Assembly (NCBI GenBank): GCA_963731985.1
Contig: CAVSYA010000012.1
Location: 12,205-76,204 of the forward strand
Direction of reading: 5' to 3'
Source: an uncultured Actinomycetota bacterium
GTDB taxonomy: Bacteria; Actinomycetota; Actinomycetes; Propionibacteriales; Nocardioidaceae
Length of the DNA stretch: 64,000 nucleotides
In this document: positions 50,782 through 64,000 of the stretch, piece by piece
Numbering within the stretch: the stretch's first letter is position 1
Layout: each line of letters begins with the position of its first letter
The notes under the pieces: generated by a model
What the model was told of the DNA's origin: nothing
The model's input: only the letters and a program-made list of their open reading frames with translations
Databases searched by the model: none
Program-made: the position numbers and the translations under genes

Positions 50782-51777
50782 ATGCAGGCCATCGTCCAGG
50801 ACCGATTCGGTTCAGCAGACGTTCTTCGGTTGGAGATGGTCGAACGGCCGACGATCTCTGATGCCGAGGTTCTGATCGAGGTCCACGCCGCTGGGGTCGA
50901 TCGAGGCACCGAACACCTGATGACCGGTCTGCCCTATCTGATTCGGGTGGCGGGCTACGGCATGACCAGACCCAAGCACCGTGTTCCGGGCCTGGACGTG
51001 GCGGGCGTGGTCGTCGAGGTTGGAGCCGAGGTCACCCGTTTCGCACCGGGTGACGAGGTCTTCGGAATCTCCAACGGGTCGTTCGCCCCATACGCCGCTG
51101 CTGCCGAAAACAAGCTGGCCCTCAAGCCCCCCAACCTCAGCATGGAACAAGCCGCCGTTGCAGCAGTCTCGGGGATCACCGCACTTCAGGCGGTGACCGA
51201 CGTCGGGAAGGTTCAACCCGGCCAGCGGGTGCTGATCCTCGGCGCCTCCGGTGGCGTCGGAACCTACGCGGTGCAGCTGGCCAAGGTCATCGGTGCCCAC
51301 GTGACCGGGGTGGCCAGCACAGCCAAGCTCGACCTGGTCCGCACGCTCGGAGCCGACCACGTGATCGACTACACCCGCACTGATTTCGCCGACAGTGAGG
51401 ACCACTACGACCTGATCCTCGACATCGGCGGCCGCAGCAGCATCGCCCGTCTTCGTCGGGCCATGAACCGCCACGGCACGCTGGTGATCGTGGGCGGTGA
51501 GGACGGCAATCGCCTCACCGGAGGCGTCGGTCGTCAGCTCAGAGCGATGGCACTCTCACCCTTCGTGGCACAACGCCTCACCACCTTCATCAGCACCGAG
51601 GGCGACGCCTGGATCGAGCGACTGGACGACTACCTCGCCTCGGGACAGGTCGTGCCGGTCGTCGGCCAGCGCTTCGAACTGCACGATCTTCCCAACGCCA
51701 TGCGCCAGCTTGCAGCCGGCCAGGCCCATGGCAAGACGGCCATCATCGTCCACCCACACGCGCACAGCCGGTCCTAG
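50782..51777 (+). CDS. MDR-family NAD(P)-dependent oxidoreductase
   Basis: PGLDVAG, GDEVFG, GASGGVG, ADHVIDY. Confidence 0.9.
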   Translation: MQAIVQDRFGSADVLRLEMVERPTISDAEVLIEVHAAGVDRGTEHLMTGLPYLIRVAGYGMTRPKHRVPGLDVAGVVVEVGAEVTRFAPGDEVFGISNGSFAPYAAAAENKLALKPPNLSMEQAAVAAVSGITALQAVTDVGKVQPGQRVLILGASGGVGTYAVQLAKVIGAHVTGVASTAKLDLVRTLGADHVIDYTRTDFADSEDHYDLILDIGGRSSIARLRRAMNRHGTLVIVGGEDGNRLTGGVGRQLRAMALSPFVAQRLTTFISTEGDAWIERLDDYLASGQVVPVVGQRFELHDLPNAMRQLAAGQAHGKTAIIVHPHAHSRS

Positions 51778-51881
51778 CGCCGGCAGTCTGGTCAATCCAG
51801 AAGGCGCCCTCAGCTCCCTCGCCACCGGTTGGACGTACCCAAGCCGAGATCGAGACAGGCACCCAGACACGGAGAACCCTC

Positions 51882-52664
51882 ATGACAAGCACCGCCGCAC
51901 TATCGACCGACAGGCCCGCGGCCGGGCCGCCGCCGACCCACCCCGAGACGAACCCTCGGACCGCTGCTCGGATTGCCGGCATCGCCTACGTGATCCTGTT
52001 CGCCCTCGGAGTGTTCGCCAACTTCTTCGTCCGTGAGGGCCTCATCGTCAGCGACGATGCCCGGGCCACCGCGGCCAACATGATGGAGTCCGAGGGACTT
52101 TTCCGCCTCGGCATGGTCGCCTTCCTCGCCATCTCCCTCATCGACGTGGTCGTCGCCTGGGCCCTCTACATCGTGTTTCGCAACGCTGACCGAGATCTCT
52201 CGCTACTCACCGCCTGGTTTCGGCTCGTCTACACCATCTTTCTCGGCGCAGCCCTCATCTATTTTTTCCAGGCTCTCCAGCTCCTCAACGGCGCTGTCTT
52301 CCTGACCGCCGTCGAGACCCGCCAACGAGAAGCACAAGCACTCCTCGCGCTGGAGACATTCAACTCCACCTGGCTCATCGGACTGGCCGCCTTCGGCCTC
52401 CACCTGATCCTCCTCGGCGGCCTCGTCCTCCGATCCCGCTACGCCCCCAAAGCACTCGGGTACGTACTTGTCGCGGCCGGCGCCGCCTACATGCTCGACA
52501 CCATCGCCCACACCGTCCTGCCCAACTACAGCGACTACGAGTCGCTGTTCATCACCGCCGTCTCCGTCCCCGCCGTCATCGCCGAAGGATGGTTCGGACT
52601 CTGGCTACTCCTCCGAGCAGGCAAGCGACCTGGTGTACAGGTCGCCACTCCAACGCGAAGCTGA
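51882..52664 (+). CDS. DUF4386 membrane protein
   Basis: AARIAGIAY, ATAAN, FRLG, WLLLR pattern. Confidence 0.8.
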   Translation: MTSTAALSTDRPAAGPPPTHPETNPRTAARIAGIAYVILFALGVFANFFVREGLIVSDDARATAANMMESEGLFRLGMVAFLAISLIDVVVAWALYIVFRNADRDLSLLTAWFRLVYTIFLGAALIYFFQALQLLNGAVFLTAVETRQREAQALLALETFNSTWLIGLAAFGLHLILLGGLVLRSRYAPKALGYVLVAAGAAYMLDTIAHTVLPNYSDYESLFITAVSVPAVIAEGWFGLWLLLRAGKRPGVQVATPTRS

Positions 52665-52882
52665 CGAAGGTCGAACAGCGCACGGCACGAACCGCGGATC
52701 GACAGAAAAGGGAAAGCGTGTCGCAGCTGGTTCTGGCTATCCTCACCCGGGGGCCTCAAGGCCACCCTGCACCCAAGTGCACCTGAAGGATCGATAGAGG
52801 ATCTCATCGCTCGCGAGATGCCTGCCTCACCTGAGGCCTGCCCCGGCGGTCCTCCCGGGAGCTCGGTCCCTCCGGCCGCCGC

Positions 52883-54202
52883 TCAGTTCATCTGGAACGT
52901 GGCGTAGGGGTCCACGCCGTTCACCGTGCCCCCGAGCGGGACCTCCCGCTGGATCGGCGACGCCGAGCCCGGCAGGCCGCGGGCGTTGACGCGGTACTGC
53001 GGCGCGGGGGTGTCGCGGTACCAACGGTCGATGTAGCGGTGGTAGCGCTTCAGGACCCTGGGACCGTAGATCCGCATGGCGGCCTCGTCGCTGCCCAGGA
53101 CCGCGGGGGTCCAGTTCATGGAGCCGTTCACCGTCACCCAGGCCCTCCGGTTGCCGCCGTAGCGTCCCCGGACGGTGAGGACCTTGTTGTGCAGGTAGCG
53201 GTCATAGATGCCGTCGTTGTTCCAGTCCTGCGCCACCTGGCGGAAGGGGATCCTGCCCCGCCTGCCGTTGCGCATGATGTACAGGATCCTGTTGCCCATG
53301 ACCGCGTAGATGATCTTGACGTTGCAGCCGCGGCCGTAGAGATCGCGCACCTTCCTGGCGATCTTGATGCCGCGCTGGCCGTGCCACGCGGTCATGGCGA
53401 TCTTGATGGTGGTGCGGCCGTTGCCGGTGTTCCGGGCGCCCTGGCAGCGGATCCGGTTGAGGTCCCGCAGCGCCGGGTCGCCCCGGGTGCCCTTGCCCCT
53501 CCACGGCAGGATGATCGTTCTCAGCGATCCGAACGAGCGGAACCGGGCGCCCTGCGCCACCCATCGGTCCCGGTACATCTGGTTGAAGACCTTCTCGAAC
53601 TCCCGGTAGACGCCCTTGCGCCCCCGGGTGGTGTAGATGTCGTTCCACTGGTTGGTGCCCGCGAGCTCGGTCGCGTTGTGCGAGCCGTTGATGACGACCC
53701 AGCGGGCGCGGCCGACCTTGCTGAAGGCGAAGGACTTCGTGTGCGCGATGCCCCGGGGGCCGCGGCAGGAGGCCGTGCATCGCGTGAGCCCCGACTTGCG
53801 GGCGGCCCGGCGCCTGTTGTTGCCGTACCTCTTGAGCTGTCGCTGCAGGCGGTTCACGCCGCGGTTGGGGTTCCCCGGGTTGGCGTTGCCGCGGGCCACG
53901 ACGACGCGCACGCTCACGCCCCGCCGGTGCGCCCGGACCAGGGACCGGACGTAGCGGTTGCTGCGGATGTTCCAGGAGGCCATGCGGATCTTGGCGCCTC
54001 GGGGCGTCGCCCGGATCGACCGCAGGATCTTCCGGTTGATCTGCTGCTTGGCATTGCTGCCCCCGAGGGGGTTGTTGGTCGTGATGCCCGGTTGGGGCGT
54101 GAACCTCCCGGCCTGCGCAGGCGCGGCGGTGGTGGTGACGAGCAGGCCGGCAAGGAGCGCCGTGACCAGGCCGATGAACACGGGGCGGGACGATCGGGAC
54201 AT
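52883..54202 (-). CDS. Secreted phospholipase D-like protein, very basic
   Basis: Signal peptide ending AQA; HTK...GSHN and HNK...GSMN motifs. Confidence 0.85.
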   Translation of the reverse strand: MSRSSRPVFIGLVTALLAGLLVTTTAAPAQAGRFTPQPGITTNNPLGGSNAKQQINRKILRSIRATPRGAKIRMASWNIRSNRYVRSLVRAHRRGVSVRVVVARGNANPGNPNRGVNRLQRQLKRYGNNRRRAARKSGLTRCTASCRGPRGIAHTKSFAFSKVGRARWVVINGSHNATELAGTNQWNDIYTTRGRKGVYREFEKVFNQMYRDRWVAQGARFRSFGSLRTIILPWRGKGTRGDPALRDLNRIRCQGARNTGNGRTTIKIAMTAWHGQRGIKIARKVRDLYGRGCNVKIIYAVMGNRILYIMRNGRRGRIPFRQVAQDWNNDGIYDRYLHNKVLTVRGRYGGNRRAWVTVNGSMNWTPAVLGSDEAAMRIYGPRVLKRYHRYIDRWYRDTPAPQYRVNARGLPGSASPIQREVPLGGTVNGVDPYATFQMN

Positions 54203-54326
54203 GGGCGAGGACAACCCTTCTCTCGCGAGCATTCGCGTGTGACGTTGTGGGACCCGGACGACCCGTCGTCGCATGCCCCGAGGCGGCGGACCCCGAGCGG
54301 ATCTCGCGCTCCGCCACGCTAACAAG

Positions 54327-55841
54327 TCAGGCCAGCTTCTCCAGAATCAGCGCCCGGACCCGTCCGGCGTCGGCCTGGCCGCGCATCTCCTGCATGACCG
54401 CCCCGATGAGCGCGCCCGCCGCCTGAACCTTGCCACCGCGGACCTTCTCGACCACGTCGGGATGAGCCTGGATCGCGCGGTCGATCGCCTCGGAGAGCGC
54501 CGCGTCGTCGGAGACGAGGGCCAGCCCCCGAGCGGCGACCACGTCGTCCGGGGTGCCCTCGCCCGCCAGCAGCCCCTCGAAGACCTGGCGGGCGAGCTTG
54601 TCATTGAGACGGCCCGCGTCCACCAGGCCCTGCACCCGCGCCACGTCGGCCGGGGAGACCCCGAGGTCGCCGATCTCACGCCCGGAGTCGTTCGCCCGGC
54701 GCGCCATCTCCCCGAGCCACCACTTGCGGGCGGCCTGCGGGGCGGCGCCGGCGGCCACGGTCTCCTCGACCAGGGACAGCGCGCCGGCGTTGACGGTGTC
54801 CCGCATCTCCTCACCCGAGTAGCCCCAGGCGGCCTGCAGGCGGGAGCGGCGCTCACGCGGCGGCTCGGGCAGGCCCGTCCGGAGCTGCTCGACCCAGGCC
54901 CGCCCGGGAGCGAGAGGGAGCAGGTCGGGCTCCGGGAAGTAGCGGTAGTCCTCGGCGTCGGACTTCTCCCGGCCCGACGTCGTCACCCCGGTGTCCTCGT
55001 GCCAGTGCCGCGTCTCCTGCAGGACCGAGCCGGCGGCGCCGAGCAGGGCCGCCTGCCGCCGGACCTCGAAGCGCACGGCCCGCTCGACGGAGCGCAGCGA
55101 GTTCACGTTCTTGGTCTCGGTGCGTGTGCCGAGCGTGTCGGAGCCCCGCGGGGCGAGCGAGAGGTTCACGTCGCAGCGCAGCGAACCCTGCTCCATCCGG
55201 ACGTCGCTGACGCCGAGGGCGAGCAGCAGGTCGCGGAGGTGGGCCACGTAGGCCCGGGCAACCTGCGGCGCCTTCTGGCCGGCGCCGGTGATCGGCCGGG
55301 TGACGATCTCGACCAGGGGGATGCCGGCGCGGTTGTAGTCGACCAGCGAGTAGTCGGCGCCGTGGATCCGGCCGGAGGTGCCGACGTGCAGCGACTTGCC
55401 CGTGTCCTCCTCCATGTGTGCCCGCTCGATTCCCACGCGCACGGTCTCGGTCTCGCCGTCGTCCGCGGTCACCTCGACGTCGGTCCAGCCGTCGAAGCAG
55501 ATCGGCTCGTCGTACTGCGAGGTTTGGAAGTTCTTCGGCATGTCCGGGTAGAAGTAGTTCTTGCGGGCGAAGCGGCACCACTCGGCGATCTCGCAGTTCA
55601 GCGCGAGACCGATGCGGACGGCCGACTCGACCGCCACGGCGTTCACCACGGGCATCGAGCCCGGCAGGCCCAGGCAGGTCGGGCAGACCTGGGTGTTGGG
55701 CTCGGCGCCGAACCCGGTGGCGCAGCCGCAGAACATCTTGGACGCCGTGCCCAGCTCGACGTGGACCTCCAGCCCCAGCGCGGGGTCGAAGCGCTCCAGC
55801 GCCTCCTCGAAGGTGACGAGCTCGTCGGCGCCGGTGCTCAT
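54327..55841 (-). CDS. gatB: Asp/Glu-tRNA amidotransferase subunit B
   Basis: [32 protein letters not shown]. Confidence 0.97.
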   Translation of the reverse strand: MSTGADELVTFEEALERFDPALGLEVHVELGTASKMFCGCATGFGAEPNTQVCPTCLGLPGSMPVVNAVAVESAVRIGLALNCEIAEWCRFARKNYFYPDMPKNFQTSQYDEPICFDGWTDVEVTADDGETETVRVGIERAHMEEDTGKSLHVGTSGRIHGADYSLVDYNRAGIPLVEIVTRPITGAGQKAPQVARAYVAHLRDLLLALGVSDVRMEQGSLRCDVNLSLAPRGSDTLGTRTETKNVNSLRSVERAVRFEVRRQAALLGAAGSVLQETRHWHEDTGVTTSGREKSDAEDYRYFPEPDLLPLAPGRAWVEQLRTGLPEPPRERRSRLQAAWGYSGEEMRDTVNAGALSLVEETVAAGAAPQAARKWWLGEMARRANDSGREIGDLGVSPADVARVQGLVDAGRLNDKLARQVFEGLLAGEGTPDDVVAARGLALVSDDAALSEAIDRAIQAHPDVVEKVRGGKVQAAGALIGAVMQEMRGQADAGRVRALILEKLA

Positions 55842-57445
55842 GCGGGGACTCCTTCGGTCGCGGAAGCCGGCAGGCGGGGGGCGGCGGGCACGTCGGGGGC
55901 GCGGTCGAGGAGGGGGCCGCCCCCGTCGCGCTCGAGCATCTCCTCGAGCGCGGCGCCCACCCGGTAGAGCCGCTCGTCGGCCGTGGCGGGCGCGAGCACC
56001 TGGAAGCCCACGGGCAGGCCGTCCTCGTCGGCCAGGCCCCCGGGCAGCGACAGCGCGGGTACGCCCGCGAGGTTGGCCGGGATGGTGGCGAGATCGTTCA
56101 GGTACATGGCCAGGGGGTCGTCCAGCTTCTCCCCGAGGCGGAACGCCGTCGTCGGCGACGTCGGCGAGACCAGCACGTCGGCTGCGGCGAAGGCCGCGTC
56201 GAAGTCGCGCCGGATCAGCGTGCGCACCTTCTGGGCCTGCCCGTAGTAGGCGTCGTAGTAGCCGCTGGAGAGCGCGTAGGTGCCGAGCACGATGCGGCGC
56301 TTCACCTCGTCGCCGAAGCCGGCGTCGCGGGTGGCACGCATGACCTCCTCGGCGCTGGGACTGCCGGAGGACCCGGGGCCGCCGGGCAGCACCCGCAGGC
56401 CATAGCGCATCGCGTCGAAGCGCGCCAGGTTGCTGGAGGCCTCGCACGGCATGATCAGGTAGTAGGTCGCCAGCGCGTGCACGAAGTGTGGGCAGGACAC
56501 CTCGACGACCTCGGCCCCCGCGTCGACGAGCCGGTCCAGGCTCTCGCGGAAGCGCGCCAGGACGCCGGCCTGGTACCCCTCGCCGCCGAGCTCCGCCACG
56601 ACACCGACGCGCAGGCCCGAGAGGTCGCCCGTCGCGCCCCTCCGGGCGGCGCCGACCAGGTCGGGCACCGGCTCGTCGATGCTGGTGGAGTCGCGGGGGT
56701 CGTGCCCGCCGACCAGCTCGTGCAGCATCGCGGCGTCGAGCACGCTGCGCGTCACGGGGCCGACCTGGTCGAGCGAGTTCGCCATCGCGACGAGGCCGTA
56801 GCGCGAGACCCCGCCGTAGGTCGGCTTCACGCCGACCGTGCCGGTCATGGCGCCGGGCTGGCGGATGGACCCGCCCGTGTCGGTGCCGAGCGCCAGCGGC
56901 GCCTCGAAGGAGGCCACAGCGGCGGCCGACCCGCCGCCGGAGCCGCCCGGGATCCGCCCGGGATCCCAGGGGTTGCGGGTCGGGCCGTAGGCCGAGTGCT
57001 CGGTGGAGGAGCCCATCGCGAACTCGTCCATGTTGGTCTTGCCGAGGATCGGCAGCCCGGCCTGCCGGAGCCGGGTCACCGCCGTGGCGTCGTACGGCGG
57101 GACCCAGCCCTCGAGAATCCGCGAGCCGCAGGTGGTGGGCAGGCCGCGGGTGGCCAGCACGTCCTTGACCGCGATCGGCACGCCGTCCAGGGCCGACGCG
57201 GGCCGGCCATCGGCCCGGCGGCGGTCGGCGGCCTCGGCGGCCGCGAGCGCGCCCGCCGCATCGACGTGCAGGAAGGCGTGGATGCCGGCCCGGGCGTCGC
57301 CGTCGACCGCGTCGATGCGGTCGAGGCAGGCCTGGGTCACGGCGACGGAGCTGGTCTCGCCGGCCTCCAGGGCCTCCGCGAGCTCGGCGGCGGTGCCCCG
57401 CCCGGGCTCGGAGGGGCTCGCGGATGTCGTTCCCGAGGCGACCAT
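55838..57445 (-). CDS. gatA: Asp/Glu-tRNA amidotransferase subunit A
   Basis: [31 protein letters not shown]. Confidence 0.97.
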   Translation of the reverse strand: MVASGTTSASPSEPGRGTAAELAEALEAGETSSVAVTQACLDRIDAVDGDARAGIHAFLHVDAAGALAAAEAADRRRADGRPASALDGVPIAVKDVLATRGLPTTCGSRILEGWVPPYDATAVTRLRQAGLPILGKTNMDEFAMGSSTEHSAYGPTRNPWDPGRIPGGSGGGSAAAVASFEAPLALGTDTGGSIRQPGAMTGTVGVKPTYGGVSRYGLVAMANSLDQVGPVTRSVLDAAMLHELVGGHDPRDSTSIDEPVPDLVGAARRGATGDLSGLRVGVVAELGGEGYQAGVLARFRESLDRLVDAGAEVVEVSCPHFVHALATYYLIMPCEASSNLARFDAMRYGLRVLPGGPGSSGSPSAEEVMRATRDAGFGDEVKRRIVLGTYALSSGYYDAYYGQAQKVRTLIRRDFDAAFAAADVLVSPTSPTTAFRLGEKLDDPLAMYLNDLATIPANLAGVPALSLPGGLADEDGLPVGFQVLAPATADERLYRVGAALEEMLERDGGGPLLDRAPDVPAAPRLPASATEGVPA

Positions 57446-57744
57446 CAGGCCTCCTCCCCGAGGATCCGCGGCACGGCGAAGCGCTGCTGCTCGGCCGCCG
57501 GGGCACCGGCGAGCGCCTCCGCCGCGGTGAGTCCGGGCTCGACGACGTCGGGGCGCGTCACATTGGTCAGCGGCAGCGGGTGCGACGTCGGGGGCACCTC
57601 GTCGCCGGCGACGCCGCGGATCGAGGCGACCGACTCGAGGATCACCGACACCTGCGGGGCGAGGTGGTCGAGCTCGTCCGGCGACAGGTCGATGCGGGCG
57701 AGGTCGGCCAGGTGGGCCACCTCGTCGCGACTGATCTCAGGCAT
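57445..57744 (-). CDS. gatC: Asp/Glu-tRNA amidotransferase subunit C
   Basis: [22 protein letters not shown]. Confidence 0.95.
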   Translation of the reverse strand: MPEISRDEVAHLADLARIDLSPDELDHLAPQVSVILESVASIRGVAGDEVPPTSHPLPLTNVTRPDVVEPGLTAAEALAGAPAAEQQRFAVPRILGEEA

Positions 57745-57777
57745 GGCCACGATCCTAGGACCCGGGCGTGCCCGGCC

Positions 57778-60593
<2,816 letters not shown>

Positions 60594-60612
60594 CCCGCCC
60601 GCCCGGGCACCG

Positions 60613-61650
60613 TCAGGACATGCCGGACAGGTCGTCGGCCGCGGTGAGCGCGAGCTCCAGCGCCCTTGGGGCCCAGGTCGCGGACGCCCCGGCCAGTCCG
60701 CATGCCGGCGTGACGATCAGCCGGTCGCCGACCTCGCCCGCCCCCAGCCCGACCATCTCGAGCAGCCGGAGCACCCGCTCGGTGACCTGGTCGGCGCCCG
60801 GCACGCGCTCCGGGTCGACGCTCGCGAGCACGCCCAGCGCCACCCGGGACCCCTGATCCAGCGCCGTCGCGGCCTCGTCGAGGTCGGCGGCGCCCAGCTC
60901 GTCGGCGTCCAGGGCGATCCCGGCGGCGCCGGCGGCACGCACGAGGTCCCACGGCGTCCCGGCCGAGCAGGCGTGCACCCACGGTTCGGCGCCGGCCGCC
61001 CGCGCGGCCGAGAGTACCCAGCCGAGCGTCTCGGAGAGCTCGGGTCGGTCGATCGTGCGGTGCCTGCCGAAGCCCGACGCCGTGGGCACCGCGCCCCGGC
61101 CGACCGCGGCCATCGCCGGCTCGTCGACCTGCACTACGAGACGCTCAACGCCCGGCAGCCGGCGCCGGACGTCGGCCACGTGTGCCGTGACCCCCTCGGC
61201 CAGCGCCTGGGCCAGGTCGCGCCGGGCGCCGGGGTCGGCGAGCACCTTGTCGCCGCGCGGCCGCTCGACCGTGGCGGCCAGCGTCCAGGGCCCGGTGACC
61301 TGCACCTTGAAGGGCCCGGTGAGCGCCTGACCCAGCTCCTCCACGGTGTCGAGGTCCTGGGCCAGCAGGGAGCGGGAGCGGCGGTGGTCGACGCCGGGCG
61401 CGTCGGTCAGCCGCCAGCCGGCGGGCTGGAGGTCCGCGCCGAGCGCGTCCAGGACGGCCAGGCCGCGGCCGGTCGTCGCGGCATGGACGCCGCGCGCCGG
61501 CAGCTCGGGCAGGTGTGGCAGCCCGTGCTCCCGGCCCCCGAGCAGGCCGAGCACCACCCGGGCGGTCTCGCGGTAGGCCTCGTCGTGGTCCGCCGCCTCG
61601 CCGCCGGATGCGGGCAGAGGCATCGAGCCGATGCCGGTCGCGAGGGTCAC
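60613..61650 (-). CDS. Single-barrel MetE-like (cobalamin-independent methionine synthase family) protein
   Basis: [31 protein letters not shown]. Confidence 0.85.
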   Translation of the reverse strand: MTLATGIGSMPLPASGGEAADHDEAYRETARVVLGLLGGREHGLPHLPELPARGVHAATTGRGLAVLDALGADLQPAGWRLTDAPGVDHRRSRSLLAQDLDTVEELGQALTGPFKVQVTGPWTLAATVERPRGDKVLADPGARRDLAQALAEGVTAHVADVRRRLPGVERLVVQVDEPAMAAVGRGAVPTASGFGRHRTIDRPELSETLGWVLSAARAAGAEPWVHACSAGTPWDLVRAAGAAGIALDADELGAADLDEAATALDQGSRVALGVLASVDPERVPGADQVTERVLRLLEMVGLGAGEVGDRLIVTPACGLAGASATWAPRALELALTAADDLSGMS

Positions 61651-62777
61651 GCCGTCGCCCCCGCCGCCGCGGTCTCCAGGCGTCGGCTGCCGGTGATGGT
61701 GGCGGACCCGACGACGCGGGTGCCGTCGTACACGACGACCGCCTGGCCGGCGGCCACCTCCTGCGCGGGCTCGCGCAGCGCCACGCTGACCTCGTCGCCC
61801 TCGTCGTGGGGGCGGACCTCGACCACGGCCGCGTGCTCCTCCCCGTGCGCGCGCAGCTGCACCGTCCCCGCGAGACGCTCCGGCGCGGCGCCGCACCAGC
61901 GGGGCCGGTCGGCGGTGATCCGGTCGACGGCCAGGCGCTCGCGCGGACCGACGGTGAGGGTCCCCGTGACCGGCTCGATGTCGAGCACGAAGCGGGGGCG
62001 GCCGTCGGGGGCGGGCCGGCCGATCCGCAGGCCCTTGCGCTGGCCGATCGTGTAGCCGTAGGTGCCCTCGTGCCGGCCGAGCTCCTCGCCGGTGCTGTCG
62101 TCGACGATGGCGCCGCCGTGGTTGGGCGCCCGGTCGCCGAGCTTCTCGCGCAGCCAGCCGGCGGTGTCGCCGTCCGCGACGAAGCAGATGTCGTGGCTGT
62201 CGGGCTTGTCGGCCACGAGCAGCCCGCGCGCGGCGGCCTCCTCGCGCACCTGGGCCTTGGGCGTGTCGCCCAGCGGGAAGAGCGCGTGCCGCAGCTGGTG
62301 CTGCTCGAGCACGCCGAGCACGTAGGACTGGTCCTTCCCGGCGTCCACGGCCCGGTGCATCTCGACCGTGCCGTCGGCGCCCGGGGTGAGCACGGCGTAG
62401 TGGCCGGTGACGACGGCGTCGAAGCCCAGCGCCAGACCCCGCTCGAGCACGGCGGCGAACTTGACCTTCTCGTTGCAGCGCAGGCAGGGGTTGGGGGTGC
62501 GCCCGGCGGCGTACTCGTCGAGGAAGTCCTCGACCACCCCCTCGTGGAACTCGGCGCTCAGGTCCCAGACATAGAAGGGGATCCCGATCACGTCGGCGGC
62601 GCGGCGGGCGTCGTTGCTGTCCTCGATGGTGCAGCAGCCGCGGGCGCCGCTGCGGTACGACGCGGGGTTGCGGGACAGGGCGAGGTGGACGCCGGTCACG
62701 TCGTGGCCGGCGTCGCGGGCGCGGGCGGCGGCGACGGCGGAGTCGACCCCGCCGGACATGGCGGCGAGGACGCGCAT
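61647..62777 (-). CDS. mnmA: tRNA 2-thiouridylase
   Basis: [26 protein letters not shown]. Confidence 0.96.
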   Translation of the reverse strand: MRVLAAMSGGVDSAVAAARARDAGHDVTGVHLALSRNPASYRSGARGCCTIEDSNDARRAADVIGIPFYVWDLSAEFHEGVVEDFLDEYAAGRTPNPCLRCNEKVKFAAVLERGLALGFDAVVTGHYAVLTPGADGTVEMHRAVDAGKDQSYVLGVLEQHQLRHALFPLGDTPKAQVREEAAARGLLVADKPDSHDICFVADGDTAGWLREKLGDRAPNHGGAIVDDSTGEELGRHEGTYGYTIGQRKGLRIGRPAPDGRPRFVLDIEPVTGTLTVGPRERLAVDRITADRPRWCGAAPERLAGTVQLRAHGEEHAAVVEVRPHDEGDEVSVALREPAQEVAAGQAVVVYDGTRVVGSATITGSRRLETAAAGATA

Positions 62778-63964
62778 CAGCCGGCCCTGCCCACTCCGCC
62801 TCGAGCGCCGGCGGCACGCGCCCGCTCGACGGCCGGGCCGATGGCGGTCACGAGCGCCTCCACATCGGCGGCGGTGCTGGTGTGGCCGAGGCTGAAGCGG
62901 AGCGAGGAACGCGCCTGCTCCTCGTCGCGGCCCATGGCGTGCAGCACGTGCGAGGCCTGCGGAATCCCCGCCGAGCAGGCGGACCCGGTCGAGCACTCCA
63001 CGCCGGCGAAGTCGAGCAGCATCAACAGAGAGTCGCCCTCGCAGCCGGGGAAGGACAGGTGGGCGTGGCCGGGCAGCCGATCGTCGCCGCCGTTGACCGC
63101 CACGTCGGGGACCACCCCGCGGACGCCGGCGACAAGGTCGTCGCGCAGGGCCGTGAGGCGAGCTGCGTGCTCCTCGCGCTCGGCCACGGCGGCGACGACG
63201 GCTGCGGCCAGCCCCGCGACGCTCGCGGCGTCCACGGTGCCGCTGCGCAGGTCGCGCTCCTGGCCGCCGCCGTGCACCAGCGGCACGACCTGGTGATCGC
63301 GGCGCAGGACCAGGGCGCCGACCCCCGGCGGTCCGCCCAGCTTGTGGGCGGAGAGGGTCAGCGCGTCGACACCGGAGGCGCCCACGTCGACGGGCAGGCC
63401 GCCGATGGCCTGGACGGCGTCCGTGTGCACCGGGACCCCGTACTCCCGCGCCAGCGCGACGACCTCGGGAAGCGGCTGGACGGTGCCGGTCTCGTTGTTG
63501 GCCCACATCATCGAGAGCAGCGCGACCGCGCCGGGGTCGTGCGCGAGCGCCTCGGCGAGCACGGGCAGGGCGAGTCGGCCGTCCTCGTCAACCGGGAGCA
63601 CCTCGGCGTCGGCCTGCTCGTGTGCGGCCAGCCAGCGGACGGGCTCGAGCACGGCCGGGTGCTCGACCGCGGTGGTGATCACGCGGCGTCGCCTCCGGTC
63701 GCCTGCCCGGCGGGACCAGTAAAGGCCCTTGACCGCGAGGTTGTCGGCCTCGGTGCCGCCGGAGGTGAAGACGACCTCGCCGGGGCGGCAGCCCAGCGAG
63801 GCGGCCAGAGCCTCGCGGGACTCCTCGACGACCTGGCGTGAGCGCCGTCCGGAGGCGTGCAGCGCGGCCGGGTTCCCGGTGTGGGCCAGCTGCGCCGTCA
63901 TCGCCGCCACCGCCTCCGGGCGCACGGGCGTGGACGCCGCGTGATCGAGGTAGGTGGACTCCAC
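62777..63964 (-). CDS. Cysteine desulfurase (IscS-like)
   Basis: [32 protein letters not shown]. Confidence 0.93.
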   Translation of the reverse strand: MESTYLDHAASTPVRPEAVAAMTAQLAHTGNPAALHASGRRSRQVVEESREALAASLGCRPGEVVFTSGGTEADNLAVKGLYWSRRAGDRRRRRVITTAVEHPAVLEPVRWLAAHEQADAEVLPVDEDGRLALPVLAEALAHDPGAVALLSMMWANNETGTVQPLPEVVALAREYGVPVHTDAVQAIGGLPVDVGASGVDALTLSAHKLGGPPGVGALVLRRDHQVVPLVHGGGQERDLRSGTVDAASVAGLAAAVVAAVAEREEHAARLTALRDDLVAGVRGVVPDVAVNGGDDRLPGHAHLSFPGCEGDSLLMLLDFAGVECSTGSACSAGIPQASHVLHAMGRDEEQARSSLRFSLGHTSTAADVEALVTAIGPAVERARAAGARGGVGRAG

Positions 63965-64000
63965 GGCGGCAGGGTCCCGTGGGTTGTTCCGGTGCTCGGC

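Larger units (their letters stand above)
49418..52835. mobile_element. Lower-GC inserted islet
   Basis: Visible shift in composition and codon usage, IS remnant, gene fragments at both edges, CCTGAG at both ends. Confidence 0.55.

Noticed and set aside
52665-52830. Short ORFs at the right edge of the islet
   Set aside because: No recognisable motif, start signal or codon bias.

Overview
High-GC actinobacterial chromosome segment; gene content and order suggest Nocardioidaceae (inference). Bases 1-6068 hold the right end of a decayed integrative/mobilisable element abutting the 3' end of tRNA-Glu(CTC): TPR-like cargo, MobF/TrwC relaxase-helicase, HEPN + HTH-MNT toxin-antitoxin pair, excisionase and a broken tyrosine integrase. 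Core genes follow: tRNA-Glu/tRNA-Gln, gltX, a small cluster with two LexA boxes, bioQ-bioYMN, a long branched-chain amino acid region (cimA, ilvE, leuB, serA, ilvC/N/B, ilvD), beta-PGM + GH65, a 3.4 kb lower-GC islet (IS30 remnant, TetR, MDR dehydrogenase, DUF4386), a secreted PLD-like gene, gatCAB, ligA, a MetE-like gene, mnmA and a cysteine desulfurase. The most interesting signals are regulatory. There are three different leader-peptide attenuators: an Ile-type one on cimA, one on ilvB, and a LEU-element-like leader feeding a chain of overlapping mini-ORFs and a small acidic protein before leuB. GTCCC-N7-GGGAC operators are flanked by tandem repeats of their own half-site, and there is an SOS-boxed small protein of unknown function. 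Three frameshifts each fit one missing base in a homopolymer and may be assembly errors. All calls come from reading the sequence; no searches were run.
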